A DNA stretch of 64,000 nt from contig CM119270.1 of assembly GCA_051294375.1 (NCBI GenBank), positions 19,727,741-19,791,740 of the forward strand, in the 5' to 3' direction. A program made the translations under genes and the position numbers. The DNA is from Paraspadella gotoi (taxonomy: Eukaryota > Animalia > Chaetognatha). Under the pieces are notes generated by a model. The model was not told the DNA's origin, made no database searches, and saw only the letters and a list, made by a program, of their open reading frames with translations. Positions within the stretch are counted from its first letter, which is position 1; each line of letters begins with the position of its first letter. Shown here piece by piece: positions 22,478-35,830 of the stretch.

Positions 22478-24069
22478 GTGAGACGACGACCTCGGAATAA
22501 TGAAAGAGGACAGCGACATCTGACGGAGAGAAAATAAAGGACACGCGACTCGGATCGTCGTAACCGAGAAAAAAAAGAGAAAAATTTAATAAAAACAAAA
22601 ACAAATGAAAATAGTTAATATTTAAAAATAGACAAATATACGCATGGCGAGGGCATTAGAGAAAAAAAAAACAAAAAAACAAACTGACTAAAATAAAAAA
22701 AAACAAATAAAAAATCCTCCCGTCTTTTCGCATCCAAGTCATATTTTTTTATAGATAATAAATTTGTTTAAAAGAAACAGGAAAAAAAATAAAAGAGTTT
22801 GGAGATGGCTTCAGCATTTAATTTGGGTTTTTTTTGCCCGAAGCTAAAAAAAAGAGCAAACGGAAAAGGGGAAGGAGGAAAGAAGATAAAGAGGAAAAAA
22901 AACGAAAGAAAAAATTCACGCCTACTATTTTATTTTCTTTCTTTTCTTCTTTTCCTTTCGGCTCTTTCTGTCTCTTCTTAAATACATATTTAACAAAACT
23001 GTAACTTTAGCACTGTCCCACGATTCCAACAAGATATAGGGGGCGTTCACCACCACAGCCGTCTCCCCTTTCCGAAGCTGATCCTACCCCTCAACGTCGT
23101 CCCCTCCTCTTCCTCCCCTCTTCCTCATCCCCACTTCTTCATCCCTCCGGCTAGACACCAGTCCAGTAGTAGAAAAGACGAGGAGTAGAGTCGCGCTCAA
23201 CCCACAAGACATCTCCCACCCTCTCCCTCTTAACTGCCATTATTATACTTTAGACTTGTTAGATTCTTATTAGGTTATTCTTATAAGGTTCTTTCTGACC
23301 TTACTTACCTCTTTTACCTGATGAGAAACTAGTCATAAACTACCTTAAACCAGATATCCATCTTCCCACCGTCGACTCCATCCCTAATCTACATCAACAT
23401 CAACTCCCACCGTCGACTTCATCCTCGCATCTTTGTCATTTTCGCCATTTCGTCGCCGACGGCGAATTTTCTTCCTCAAATCAATCGAGTAAAAAAAAAG
23501 AGGAAAAATGGAAGAATGGAGATTCGAATCCTCTTCCACCTCTTCCTCCTCTTTTTCCTCTTCCACCTCCTTCCCCTCCTCCTTCTCTTCCTCAGTCTCT
23601 TCCTCCTCATGTTCCTCCTTCTCTTCCTCATCCTTTTCACCCTCCTCATCCTATTATTTCTCCTTCTCTTCTTCCTCATCCTCCTCTTCCTCCTCCTAAT
23701 CCTCTTCCTCCCTATCCTCCTCTTCCTCCTCATCCTCCTCCTTCTCTTCCTCTTCTACCTTTTCTTTTTCTTCCCTGTGTCACTTATTCTCCCTTTTTTT
23801 TCTTTCCCCTACATCGTTTCTGTTTTTTTCTGCATATTCTTTCTTCCCCAGTTACCATGCCCAGTTCCCTTGTCGCCCGGTTTTTTTTTTTTGCTTTCCC
23901 TCGCTTCTGCATCTCCCCTTCTCCGCGTCTCGCCCGTCTGTCCCCGCGCCCAGAGCGGATCGCACCTTGAGCAAGAAAGTCGACGATTGCGTTGGATTCC
24001 GTCAGGAGGCGAAGATTCGTCACTTTCGCGTCTTTGTCAAAACGGGAAAAAAAGATGAAATTCTTGCAG

Positions 24070-24335
24070 ATTGGACCGAAATGAAATAAATTGGGCTAAA
24101 AATGGAATACATTTGACCGAAATGAAATAAATTGGACTAAAAATGGAATAAATTGGAATAAAAATGGAATAGATTAAACTAAAAATGAAATAAATTAGAC
24201 CAAAATGAAATAAATTCGTCTAAAAATTGAATAAATTGGACTAGAAATTAAATAAATTGGACAAAAAATGGAAAAGATTAGACTAAAACGGAATAAATTT
24301 GACTTAAATGGAATAAATTGGACCAAAATGGAAGA
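24070..24335. repeat. ~22-bp degenerate tandem repeat (AAAATGGAATAAATTGGACTAA)
   Basis: Read directly. Confidence 0.85.
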
Positions 24336-25042
24336 AATCGAAGCAAAATTAAACAAAAAGTTTCTAAAATTGAAACAAAAATTCGACCCGAATACAAATT
24401 GTGTCACAACTTGGTAGTCTTGATTTTCTCGTAAACAAATTGATTCGAAAATATTCAGGAAATGACGTATATGAGATATCTTCCAACTGTTGAGTGAAGT
24501 AAACACCTCATGTCACTGGCGTGCTTATACTAGTACAATCACAGATCAGCATTAACTGTTATTCGCTTTTAAATTTTATTTAATTCTTACAGAAATTCGC
24601 GTTTGTGCATTTGAAATCTGAGCTTTTCTCCCACTCGAGAAATCCCCTTCACTTAACTTATCTCACTTCACCCAGAATTAACTTACCCCACTTCACCCTA
24701 ATTCAACCTACCTCCTATTTTCTTCTCTTCCCCATTTTCATTTTTAAAGCTAAAAAAAAACCCGAAGGGTCTCTTCGCCGACTACGTAAGGCCGAACATC
24801 TGCTCCGAGAAAAGAACGAGGGGGAGAGATAAGACAGGGTAAAGGATGGCAGGGTAGGCAGGATAAAGGGTGGCTAGGTGGGCAGGGTAAGGGGTGGTAG
24901 GGTGGGCAGGCCCCCACCCCCAAGAGAGAGATGAACCTCTCACCATGAGACGACAAGAACGCAATTCCCGTCCCAGCTTAGGTGGAGAGAGTAGAAGAGA
25001 AGAGAGAGAGAGTAGAGAGAGAAGAAGAGAGAGAACGAGAGA

Positions 25043-25082
<40 letters not shown>

Positions 25083-26021
25083 ATACCAGAGCCTGAGAAA
25101 AAGGCAATCCCCGCTATGCGCGTAGGCTCGTAGCGAAAACGCGGGGAAAATGGGAACATTTGAACCACTAATTGAGAGAGAGGGGAAGAATCCAGGAGAA
25201 AGAGAGGGAGAGAGAGAGAGATAGAGAGAGGAGGGAAAAGAGAGAGAGAGAGTTTGCAAAAACGAGGAAGGATACTACCTTAATTTTCTCTTTATTTTCC
25301 TATTTGTCCTTTTTTCTATGTGATGAGAGAAGAAGAGAGACACGAAAGAGAACAGAGAGAAGAGAGAAAGAAATTCGCTGTCGCCATCGCCAACCACCTT
25401 CCAAAGGTCCATTGCGGGGATTTAAGAGAGATCTGAGGGTCAGGGAGGAAAGAGAGAAAGTAGGAAAGAAAAGGAAAGGTGAGAAAGGTAGGAAAGGAAA
25501 AGAAAGGAAAGGAATGGAAAGGAAAGGAAAGGAAAGGAAAGGAAAGGAAAGGAAAAGGAAAAGGAAAGGAAAGAAATGAAAGAAGGAAAAGAAAAGGAAA
25601 GAAAGGAAGGAAAGGAAAGGAAAGGAAAAGGAAAGGAAAGGGGAAAGGAAAGGAATAGGAGGAATGGATATGAAAGGAAAGGAAAATGAAAGGAAAGAGT
25701 CGAAGAAAAGATAAGAAAACGGAAAAAGATGGTTTGTAAAAGGATAAAGAAAAGAAATACATATTCATACTCACAAATTTTATAATAACCCATGAGGTTT
25801 TTTGGACAGAAAGAAATGTGCGGGAGGTGACCAATGAACTTGTGGAATGAGAACTAGAAAGGTGAAAAGTATAGAAGATGAGAGATGAAGGCTGAAACGA
25901 TCTCCCAGGTGAAAGAGAAGAGGTGAAGGAGGTCCCCCTGCCCGCCATTTGGCGGCGTGGCGTTTTGAAAGAGCGAAGCCGAAACTCAAAGAGACAGGGA
26001 ATAACGAGGGTGGAAGTGTTA

Positions 26022-26057
<36 letters not shown>

Positions 26058-26264
26058 GATGAAGAAAGAGAGAGGAGAGAAAGGAGAAGGAGAGAGAAAG
26101 AGAGAGAGAGAGAGAAGACAAGAGAGGAGAGAGGAGAGACGAGATGAGGAGAGTCGAAGATGGTTTGAAGAGAGAGAGTATGTAGAGAAGAGAGAGAGAG
26201 GAGAGAGAGCGAGACAGGAGCCCGAACGGAAAAGACAGGGAGGAGGAGGTATGTCGTGGTTGAA

Positions 26265-26307
<43 letters not shown>

Positions 26308-26394
26308 CGAGAGAGAGAGAGAGAGAGAGAGGGAGGCCAACGAAAGACAGGATGAGAGGCTCGAGTGTTTTGAAAAGAGAGAGACCAGAGAGAG

Positions 26395-26430
<36 letters not shown>

Positions 26431-26752
26431 GAGAGAGAGAGACGAGAGNNNNNNNNNNNNNNNNNNNNNNNNNAGAGATAGGTTTAGACCCAAAAAACTA
26501 GAAGGAGACGTGCGAGCGTCAGTCAGCGACAGAAGAGAAATGACGCTGGAACCGGAGGGAGACGGAAACTACTACTACGACGACGACGACGACAATGGCG
26601 ACGACTAAGACGACGACGACAACGACGACGATGACTAAGACGATGACCATGACGACGACAACGACGACGACGACAACAACGACCCACGAAGGGAATGGAA
26701 CTCGAACGAAGAGAAAATGAAGATGATTGGAAAATCCCTCCTACGCTCATTC

Positions 26753-27001
26753 GTTAGGGTTTAGAGACGGACAGACTGACACGGTCCGTTTAAGTTTTGA
26801 GACGGAGAGACTGACACAGTCTGTTTAGGCTTGAGACGGACCGACTGACACAGTTCGTTTAGGTTTTGAGACAGACAGACTGACAAGTTCCGCTAGCGCA
26901 TCGAGATATACAGACTCACATGTTCAAGTTGGGTTTTAAGACAGACAGACTGACATGGTCAAATTAATATTTCAGACGGACAGACTGAGGAGATCCGTTT
27001 G
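26753..27001. repeat. ~36-bp minisatellite (GAGACGGACAGACTGACACRGTCCGTTTARGTTTT), about 7 copies
   Basis: Read directly. Confidence 0.85.
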
Positions 27002-27261
27002 TATTTTATAAAGTAAACAAGTTGCAAATTAAAAGTAGTCAATTGTTCTGTGATACTTTAATCATTTCCGAAAGTAAACTTAAGGCAGAAAAGAATTCTT
27101 AAACAACGTTTAACTAAGTTTTATGAGTCGACGTCGTCACAAAATTTGATGTCGACGACGCATTTGATCACGTGACCTTGATCTCCTTTCACATCAAATC
27201 AAACATCTTCGTCATATTTTTTGTCCTTCTCTGTTTTGACATCATCGTCGTATGAGACCCT

Positions 27262-27512
27262 GGTTGTTGTTTTTGTTGTAATTGTTGTTCTTGTTGTTCT
27301 TGTTATTGTTGATATTTTTGTTATTATTGTTGTTATTGTTGTTGTTATTGTTGTTATTGTTATGGTTGTTGTTGTTATTGATGTTGTTATTGTTGTTGTT
27401 ATTGTTGTTGTTATTGTTGTTGTTATTGTTGTTGTTATTGTTGTTGTTATTGTTGTTATTATTGTTTTTGTTATTGTTGTTGTTGTTATTATTGTTGTTA
27501 TTGTTGTTGTTG
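27262..27512. repeat. (GTT/ATT)n compound microsatellite
   Basis: Read directly. Confidence 0.9.
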
Positions 27513-29994
27513 TCGTCATCTTCGTCGTCGTCGTCGTAAGCCTAGATTCCCGCCGCATCGCTTGAAAGGGCAGCGAAAGCATTTACCGCAATATGACCTC
27601 TATCTTTTATATTCTCTCTCTCTCTCTCTCTCTCCAAGAGGGAGAGGGAAGGAAGGAGAAGAGAGATGGGAGAGAGAGAGATGAGAGGGAGAGAGAGAGA
27701 GAGGAGAAGAGACGAGAGAGGAGGGAAGCTCACGAGAGAGGGGGAGAGAGATGAGAGAGACGCAGGATTTTGAGTAAAAAGCACGCCGCTAGACGATCTT
27801 AGGACAGGGGAATAAGAGGAGGAAACGGAATTGGTTAGCCGCCGACAGTGCCAATCGGATGAGGGCGCGTCCGGCAGTGATGTTTGGTGGGGGGGAGGTG
27901 GAGGTGGGAAACGAAGGGGGGATAAGTGGGTTAAGAGAGGGGAGAGTCGAGCTGGTGATGATGTAGTGCGGAGCTGGGAATGAGAAGGGGAAGTCGGAGG
28001 TGGGGGACAGGGAATAAGGCGAGGTGGGTGCTGGGAGGGTAGTGAAAGGGGAAATTGATGTTAGAACGGAAAGGACCTGCGTTAAAATTTTCGCATGAAA
28101 AGAAAATAAGTTAAAGGCGGGGCAGCGGTGACCAGAAAAAAAATGCAAATAAAGCATGAATGGAAGTGAGGAGAGAGAGACAGATAGAGGAGAGAGAGAG
28201 AGAGAGAGAGAAGAGATAAAGAATTAAGACCGAAGAGAAAGGAAAATAAACGATTGCAAATTTTAAGATGATAAGTGGCTGGAAACGACAAAGACAAAGA
28301 TAGATATAGATAGAAATTATAAAGAAGAAAGGAAGGGGGAAAAGATTCAAATATTAATGAGAGAATAAGAGTCTAGAGAGAAGAGAGCTGGAGTTGAAAG
28401 AGCGGGGAACATGGATGCCATTTGAAAGCCAATGGATAAAAGATATGAGATATGAGTAGGAGAGGTTTGATGGTTGTGTGTGATGGATGGTTATGTGAAG
28501 AGATGGATTGTAGAGTAGGTGGGTGGGAGAGATCGATGTTGATGAGAGAGGAGAGAGATACTGAGAGAGCGAGAGAGAGAGGAGAGAGAGAGAGACGAGA
28601 GGAGAGAGAGGAGAGACAATGTCACGATTCCAACGCAAAGGTTTCCTCTAGGGGATCCGTTATTTTTTGATGCATAATCTCAGGGGAGAAAATCATTCAC
28701 TTAAGTGATTCCAGGGTTATTTAAAAATGGAGATGAAGGGGATTTAAGGGATAGGAGGGAGTGGAAAAGGGGGAGAGGGGAATAAAAGGGAGGGTGGGGA
28801 TTTTAAAAGGGGAGGAGGGATAAAAAGGTTGAGAAGTGAATGTGATTACAAAGATAGAAGGGTTGATGGAAAGGATGAATTTAAAAAGAAAAATGATGAG
28901 GGTGGAGCTATTTTCGATCTGGACGACAATTATAGGGATTTGAAACTTGTTAGAAGGTATTGATGATGATGATTGATGATGATGATGTATGATGATTGAT
29001 AGATGAAGATGATTGATGATGGTGGATGCAGATGATGGTGATGATGACATTGATATAAATTAAAAGCGGAAATCCTTCTTTCAATGTGTTTGAAAAGCAG
29101 GAAACGAAAAGAGGACAAAAGAGAAAAAAAACAAAGAGACATTTTATGATTCGATCGGAAGAAAAAACAAGGAAAACAACAGAAAACAGAAAAAAAAATT
29201 GGGGGAGAGAAAACAGTCTGTAAGGACTTAAGAGACTTGATAGACAACATTGACAAGGGACAAAGAGAGATATAAAAGACGCAAAGCTGTGAGTGAATTA
29301 AGTCCGCACAAAGAAAAGAAAATTCACGTTTCTGAACCAAGGACAATGTTATCACGTCCAGGTCACTGAGAGAGCGGGGCGTAAAAGAGAGCGAGAGAGA
29401 GAAGAAAGATGGAGAGAGAGACAGAGATAGAGAGAGAGAGAGAGACAGAGAGAGGAAGAGAGAGAGAGAGAGAGACGAGAGAGTAAGAAAAAGTGAGCGC
29501 GTGAATAGAAAGTAGAATTGACAAAATCTTCTTCCTTTATATCCTTTCTTCCTGAGAAGTTTGTTTCAAATTAACCGTCACAACCGATAAAATCCAGTCC
29601 TGTTACTTAATTGCCGATTCCGTGGATTGGAAGTTTACGGTACTTGAATAAGTATGTGGGTAGATTAAATTATTTCAATCCCACCGTTCAATAAGAGCTA
29701 AAGAAAAAACCACCAATAATTCCAAAAGAAAACTACTATAACCCTCCACAGATTAAGCGTTTTTCATTTATTAGACAAGTAAACTTTTAAGAAAGAAGAC
29801 AAAAAAAATTTTTGTTTGAAGAATTGCTTATGTTAAAGAGAGTTTAAAAAGTTATTTTAAATTGTCTGATAAGTAGTGAGAGGAAAGGAACATATGGATA
29901 GAATTGATGTGTTAAATTTGTATCGAATTTAAACAGACAGGAGATATTTTTGCCCTGATNNNNNNNNNNNNNNNNNNNNNNNNNTCTCTCATAA

Positions 29995-30175
29995 ACGCGC
30001 GGCTTCGCATCCTCGAGGACGCCTGGTGTCGCGACCTCGTCATCCGCTTATCGAGAGAGGGAGATGGTGGACAGGAGTGGTGGTGTTCTCGGTGGTTCAA
30101 GATGGTCATCCCAGGAGGGAGGAGGGCAGAGTTAAGAGAGGTCGAGGGAAGAAGATGGCGCTTGAGTCGAGTGAG
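29995..30175 (+). CDS. putative homeobox exon (helix 1 to WF), damaged or error-rich
   Basis: (D)ARLRILEDAWCRD…PSSSA…RWFK. It fits in phase and register after KRTRWT at 22477 (L13, L16, E17, aromatic residue at 20). No canonical AG acceptor is visible (CATAA); a noisy duplicate lies at about 34465-34800. Confidence 0.4.
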
Positions 30176-33100
30176 AGATAAAATGTTAAAATTCAGCTCA
30201 AAATTATGAAACAAAGAAATTAAGTAACAAATTAAGAATTAAGTAACAAAGAAATAAACTCAAACAAAGCAACAATTAACTTTAATCTTTATTAGTAAAG
30301 TCAGAAATTTAAACGTAACGTCACCAAACGGCGTTGACTTTTTTGACGCCCCACAGTGACGCCCCCCCTCCTGTGACGCCGCCCTCGTCACGGCGTCACG
30401 CGTCACGACGCTGAGCGTCTCTGTCCTCGTAATTTCCTTCGCTCGGTTTAGGTTTATCGCTGATCCATTAACTCCGACAAGAAGGTGACCTTTCATCGCC
30501 TCTCTCGCTTCGCCGGAAAAGCTTCACCCTTCCTTACCTTTGTCCTTAGCCTTTCGCGTTCTTGTCCTTAACCTCCCTTTCCCAGGTCCTTACCCTCCCT
30601 CACCTTTGTCCTTACCTTGCCTTCCTCTTGTCCCAACCCTCCGTCAGCTTTGTATTTACCCTTTCTTACCCTTGATCTCGTACTCATCTTGCCTTTCTCT
30701 TATACTTGCCTTCTCTTTCTCTAGTCTTTGCCCTTTCTTTATCTTGTCCTCCCCCTCCCTTTTGCTTGTCCCTACCTTCCCTTTCTTTTGTTCTTATCCT
30801 CAATTTCCCCTGTCCTTACCATGTCTTCCTCTTGTCCTTAACCTCCCTCGCCTTTGTCTTTAACCTCTCTTACCCTTGTCCTTACCATTCCTTACCCGAG
30901 GCCTCACCCTCTCTCTCTCACGAACCACGACGCGCTCACTTCTCACATCTTCACTCATCAGCGTCGATCCTGTGATTCGGACTCTTTGCTCTGTGAGATT
31001 CCGTGAAATCACGTCGTTTTCAATTCACATATTCTTCTCCTTCTCTTTATATATCTCTCTCTCTCNNNNNNNNNNNNNNNNNNNNNNNNNGATTGATCTG
31101 GTTTTGTTGTGTCTTTAGTAAATACTCTTTTCCACTCAAACTTGATTCATCAAAACTGATCTCCACGTCTCAATCGACCCATTTACCTCGACCCGACACA
31201 CAAAAATTTCTCACCCACTCCATCACCAAATTTCAATTCTCCTGCGTGATTCCACTCATGAGTTCAAAGCTGAGCCGAGACTAACGACAAACTAGACGGA
31301 TCACTGGATCTGATCTAAGTAACTTACCGATAGACTTTAGGTTATTGGCAGTAAATAAATCATTAGAGGCAGGAATCTGCTACAAAGCAGATCCGGCTAA
31401 AAAGATTAAATGACAAAATTGAAAATTTTCGCTTTTTCTATTCTCCTCTCCTTTTTATTAATTTATAAAAAACGGAAGAACCCTATAAAAATTGAATCGG
31501 ACCCGTGGTTTCAATTTGCAGTGGATCGAAAGCGGATCAATTGGCCGGTGATATGTCAATGGTGTTCATAACAAAGGTCTAACTTAATACCAAATATCAA
31601 ATTCCTCTATGCAGTACTAATTTATAGTAATAATTTATTAAAGATACTAATAATGTTCGCTGTGACATTGATACTAGTCTTAAACTGCAATACGGTATTG
31701 GCAGAAAAGAATGTCAATGTTTTGTATACACGATGCTTGTGTTAGATTCAAAGGTTTTATGGGACGGTAAGCTTCCCGACTCGTTTCCCCGCTCCATCAA
31801 AAAAAATTTGTATGGGGTCGCTCTGCATCGCATAGCGGATTCCTGATCATATACGCGTGAACCCTTGAGTTCTCAAGAATAAAAAAGGGGAAAAAAGACC
31901 ATAAGTATCCCCACAGCCAAACCATCCCAGAAAAAACTTCGTCAATTCCGTATCTATCTTTTACTGACTGGAGTCAATCCTTTGTTTAAGAACGTTACCA
32001 TTCCATTCCTCATTTGAAGCCACCTGCGGGTGTTGTTTTTGTCTGAGATGATGGAGACGAGGAGAGCAGAGAGATTGAGATGTAATGTTTTGATCCTTGT
32101 TGGTTCGTATGATTGTTCTGATATGTTATGGTTGAGAGTATTTTGTGGATATTGATGATGCTTGTTATTCTAGGTTTTGTTGTTATTGTTGTGAGAGTGT
32201 ATAGTGAAGAGACTCGGATTGTGAGAGAGAGGATGTAGAGAGGGGAGATGAATTGACGAGTGTGAAGAAGAGGGATTTTCAGTTGTGATTTCGCTTTTTG
32301 CCAGCCGATCCGTAATTCGTAGTTAGATGAGAAACTATAGCTCGAAATCAACAATAATAAATAAAAGAGTTTCATTGCCTAAGTCTTAAGTGAATATCAA
32401 TTATATATGGTTAATAGTTTTTTATAAACCGCTCATCAGATTTTTTTTAAATTTAAGCTCAGTTTTGATTCAATTTTTTTGTGTTGGGGAATTTATCGTG
32501 TAAAAAAAAAATTCAAATTTGGATTAAAAATTGTTTTAAAAATTTTGAGCTTCGTTGTTGTTGATTTATTGTGTCTGATAATTAGTGTTAAGTTGAATTG
32601 TTTTTCCTGTTTTTAGTTACTTGTTATTCTTTTGAAAAATAGAATGTGCTAATCCTTTTTGAAAATTTTTTTGGTATTCGTACATTAATTCTCTCGCATT
32701 TTTGCCTGTGCAATAATCTCGGCTTAACTCGAAATTTATTACAGGTAGTTTACTCCTTTAATTTTTATCCCGCCTCCTCACTCACTCGCTTTTTTTGGAA
32801 TAGTAAGATTTCTTTTTTTACTTTTGTCCTTGGTAGGGTCTGTCCCTTTTTATATCTTGCATATTTCTTTTCCTTTTTCCTTACCTGCAATATAATCTCT
32901 TTCCTCTGTTTGGATAAGGCTCTAAGTATTTGCCTGAGTTATGACTTCCACTACGCCAACTTTATTGAGCCTCTCCTACTAGAAGCCCATGGAACGGGCC
33001 TTCCTGGGGTTTGGTCCTCTGGAACCAGGCTGTAGGTTTTTCCAGTCCCCCCAAGGCGGGTTACGGGTCGTCCGTCAACGCTTCCGCAGGTAGGAACCTG

Positions 33101-34454
33101 TCACCGGTACCTAGAGTCCATGAGCTGATGGCTTAGCCCAATGACCACCGGGTCACGACGAAGCTCGGTGTCAATCGCTTTATCAGGCACGGTGTTGAAG
33201 CTTTATGGCGGCATGCCACGACTACACCTGCTTTTTTCACTTTTTTCTTTCCTTTTACTTGCTTCTCCCCTTTGTTCACTTTTTCTTTTAACCTTCTTCT
33301 TCCTTTCTTTCCTTTTTCTTGGTCCTTCCTCCTTTTTTCACTTTTTATTTTCTTCTTTCCTTTCTTACTTTCCCTCGCTTTTTTCACTTTTATCCTCTCT
33401 TTTCCTTTTTCTTTCCTTTTCTTGCTTTCCCTCCTTTTTTCGCTACGTACAATGGGACGGCGCCGTGGATTTCAGCGTAGCCTCTGAAAAAAAAATCGCG
33501 AGACTGGGAATAACATTACGAAATGGTCCTGAGCGAAGGTGATCTCTTCGATGAGGGAAAGAGACAGAGAGAGAGAGAGTGGTGAACTGACGAGTGGGAA
33601 GGAAGATTCGCGACGATGCAGCTGACTGAGACTAAGACGTCGCTCGGGACTGAGACCGAGGTGAGATCGAGACTCTCATGAGAGGCCCTCGGCCTCTTAC
33701 CTCTCTCTCTGTCTCTCACCCTTCTAGACTCTCTTCTCTTCTATCGTCTTCTGACTCTCTCTGGAGGCCATGATAGTAATTGGAATCAATGATATTGGAT
33801 GGTGGGAGAGAGAAAAGGTGGGAGCATTGAGAGAGAGTGGAGAGATGAAGGAGGGCGGTACGTGAGGCTTCGTATACTGTAATTATATTGGTCTCCAGTC
33901 CTCGGGAGAGAGAAGAAAATCTTTTAAACCGCAGTGTGCTTTCGCGGTTTGATTGCCCGGGTCACTAGTACCTGAGAACTGATCCGAGCGCCACACACCA
34001 CCAATTCTGCCAGCAAGACCCCTTCCCACTTCCCCAGGCTGCACGAACTAGGCATCGTAGATTCACTGACGAGCTCATGAACTCACCCGCTTTACCCCAC
34101 CCAGCCACGATTATCAAGAAATACCTCCACTTCCAGCACACTATGTCGCTCCCCCCCCAGAGGTCCTAAAGATCAAATAAAGAAGACCCGCGAACGCGGC
34201 CCGCGTGTTGGCACGCCGGCGGCTAAAGTTCTACAGAGTGCGGAGCGGCCCGGGTCTTTTTTCAAATCTGGGCCCGTCTCTCTCTTCCTATTCCTCTCTT
34301 TTCCTTCTCTCCTCGCCGCTTTCTCTTCCTTATTTAAACCTAATCTCACTTTCTTCCTTCTCCTCATCTCCCTTCTCTTCCTTCTCTCTCGCGTCTCTCT
34401 CTCCTTCTCTCTTCTTCTCGTGCTCTTCTCTCTCTCTCTCTACTTCTTCGTACT

Positions 34455-35830
34455 CTCTCCTACTCCATAACCCGCCGGCTCGGAGAAAGACTTCAACCTC
34501 ACGGAGGGTGGTGAAGCCCTTGGCGGTGCGCGCGTTTCGAGAATTTACTAAATTGGTCCGCCTGATCCCCTCGTCATCCGCTATGAAGAGAGGCGGAGCG
34601 AATAATGTTGGTGAAATCAGGTGTGCAATTCTCGACGTCAGGGTGGGCGGAATAAAAAAATATACTTTAGGTGGTTCCCGATGGTGGGTCATGCGTCAAA
34701 GGCCAGGAGAAGGAAAGAAGGGAGGAGAGGGCACATTAAAAACGAGAGGGAGGCAGAGAGAAGGAGAAGGGAAGAGGAAAAGAGTGCGTTGGAGTCAAAA
34801 GAGGTCGACTAGGGTAGAAGGAAGAATGGCGAAAAATTAGCTAGGCGTTCAAATCGTGTAAAATGAAGAAATGTAGAAGTAACAAAGAATAACTCAAGAA
34901 TCAAAGCAACAATTAACTTTAGAATGGCTTTATTCGTCAATGGGTTTAGGAATTTAAACGTAACGTAACCCAAAACGGCGGGTTGACTTTTTGGACGGCC
35001 CACGCGCCACCGAGGAAGTGGACCGCCCCCCCTCCTTGGCTGGACGGCGCCTGCCGGTCAGCGGGCGATAGCAACGGCTCCACGGAGGACTGGGGTCGTC
35101 GTCCTTCCGTAAATTGTACCCTGTGCGGCACTCGGTTTAGGTTTACGCTGGATCCATAAACTCCCGGACCAGAAAGGTGCACCTTTTCATCGGCCTCCCT
35201 TCGGCTATCAGCCGAAAAGGCTTGGCCTAGTGGCGCTATAGCCCTGTTAGTGCCTTTAGCTTTCGAGGATCGCCTGTTGCGCTTAAGCTCCCCATGGTTC
35301 CCCAGGAAAGCGTTCTACCCTCCCTCGCCTTTGGGTCCTTAAAAAACTCCCCGCCCTTGAGGTGCTTGGTCCATACCCCACCGTTTACTTTCGTTTTTAT
35401 CCTCCATTCCCCTTCCTTACCATGGGTCGTTGAAGAGGCCTCTATGTCACAGTTCAGAACTAGCCTTTCGAACGCTTTTTCTGTTAACACTCTCGTCGTG
35501 CCGTGTCCTTACCATTCTACCGAGGCCCTCACCCTCCAAGTCAAAAATGTGCTGCTGTCTCTCTCGAAGGACGGAGAAAACGCGAAGGAGGCAGAGGACG
35601 CGCAGAGAACTGCACTGGCTCACTATCTGCACTCAGGAATACGAAGGGCGAAAAGCCGATACGCCGTGTGAAAGTTCGAAGGAGAGCTCGTCTTGCCAGA
35701 CAGTTGTAAGAGAGATTCGCCGTGAGGAAATCACGTAGTACAGTCCTTGTAGCTCAGAAAGGAGGATATAGGCACATTTCTTCTCCCTTCAAAAAGAACC
35801 TCTTATGAGAGAGTATATCCTCTCTCCATA
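34455..35830 (+). other. noisy direct duplicate of about 29985-31065 (haplotype/assembly duplication or old segmental copy)
   Basis: Shared blocks occur in the same order, e.g. CAAAGCAACAATTAACTTTA, AATTTAAACGTAACGT, CTCGGTTTAGGTTTA and CCGAGGCC(C)TCACCCTC. Confidence 0.75.

Noticed and set aside
32940-33155. Possible second tRNA-headed SINE on the minus strand (TGGTCATTGGG … GGTTCCTACC)
   Set aside because: The boxes are weak, the region is error-rich, and there is no second copy in the window.
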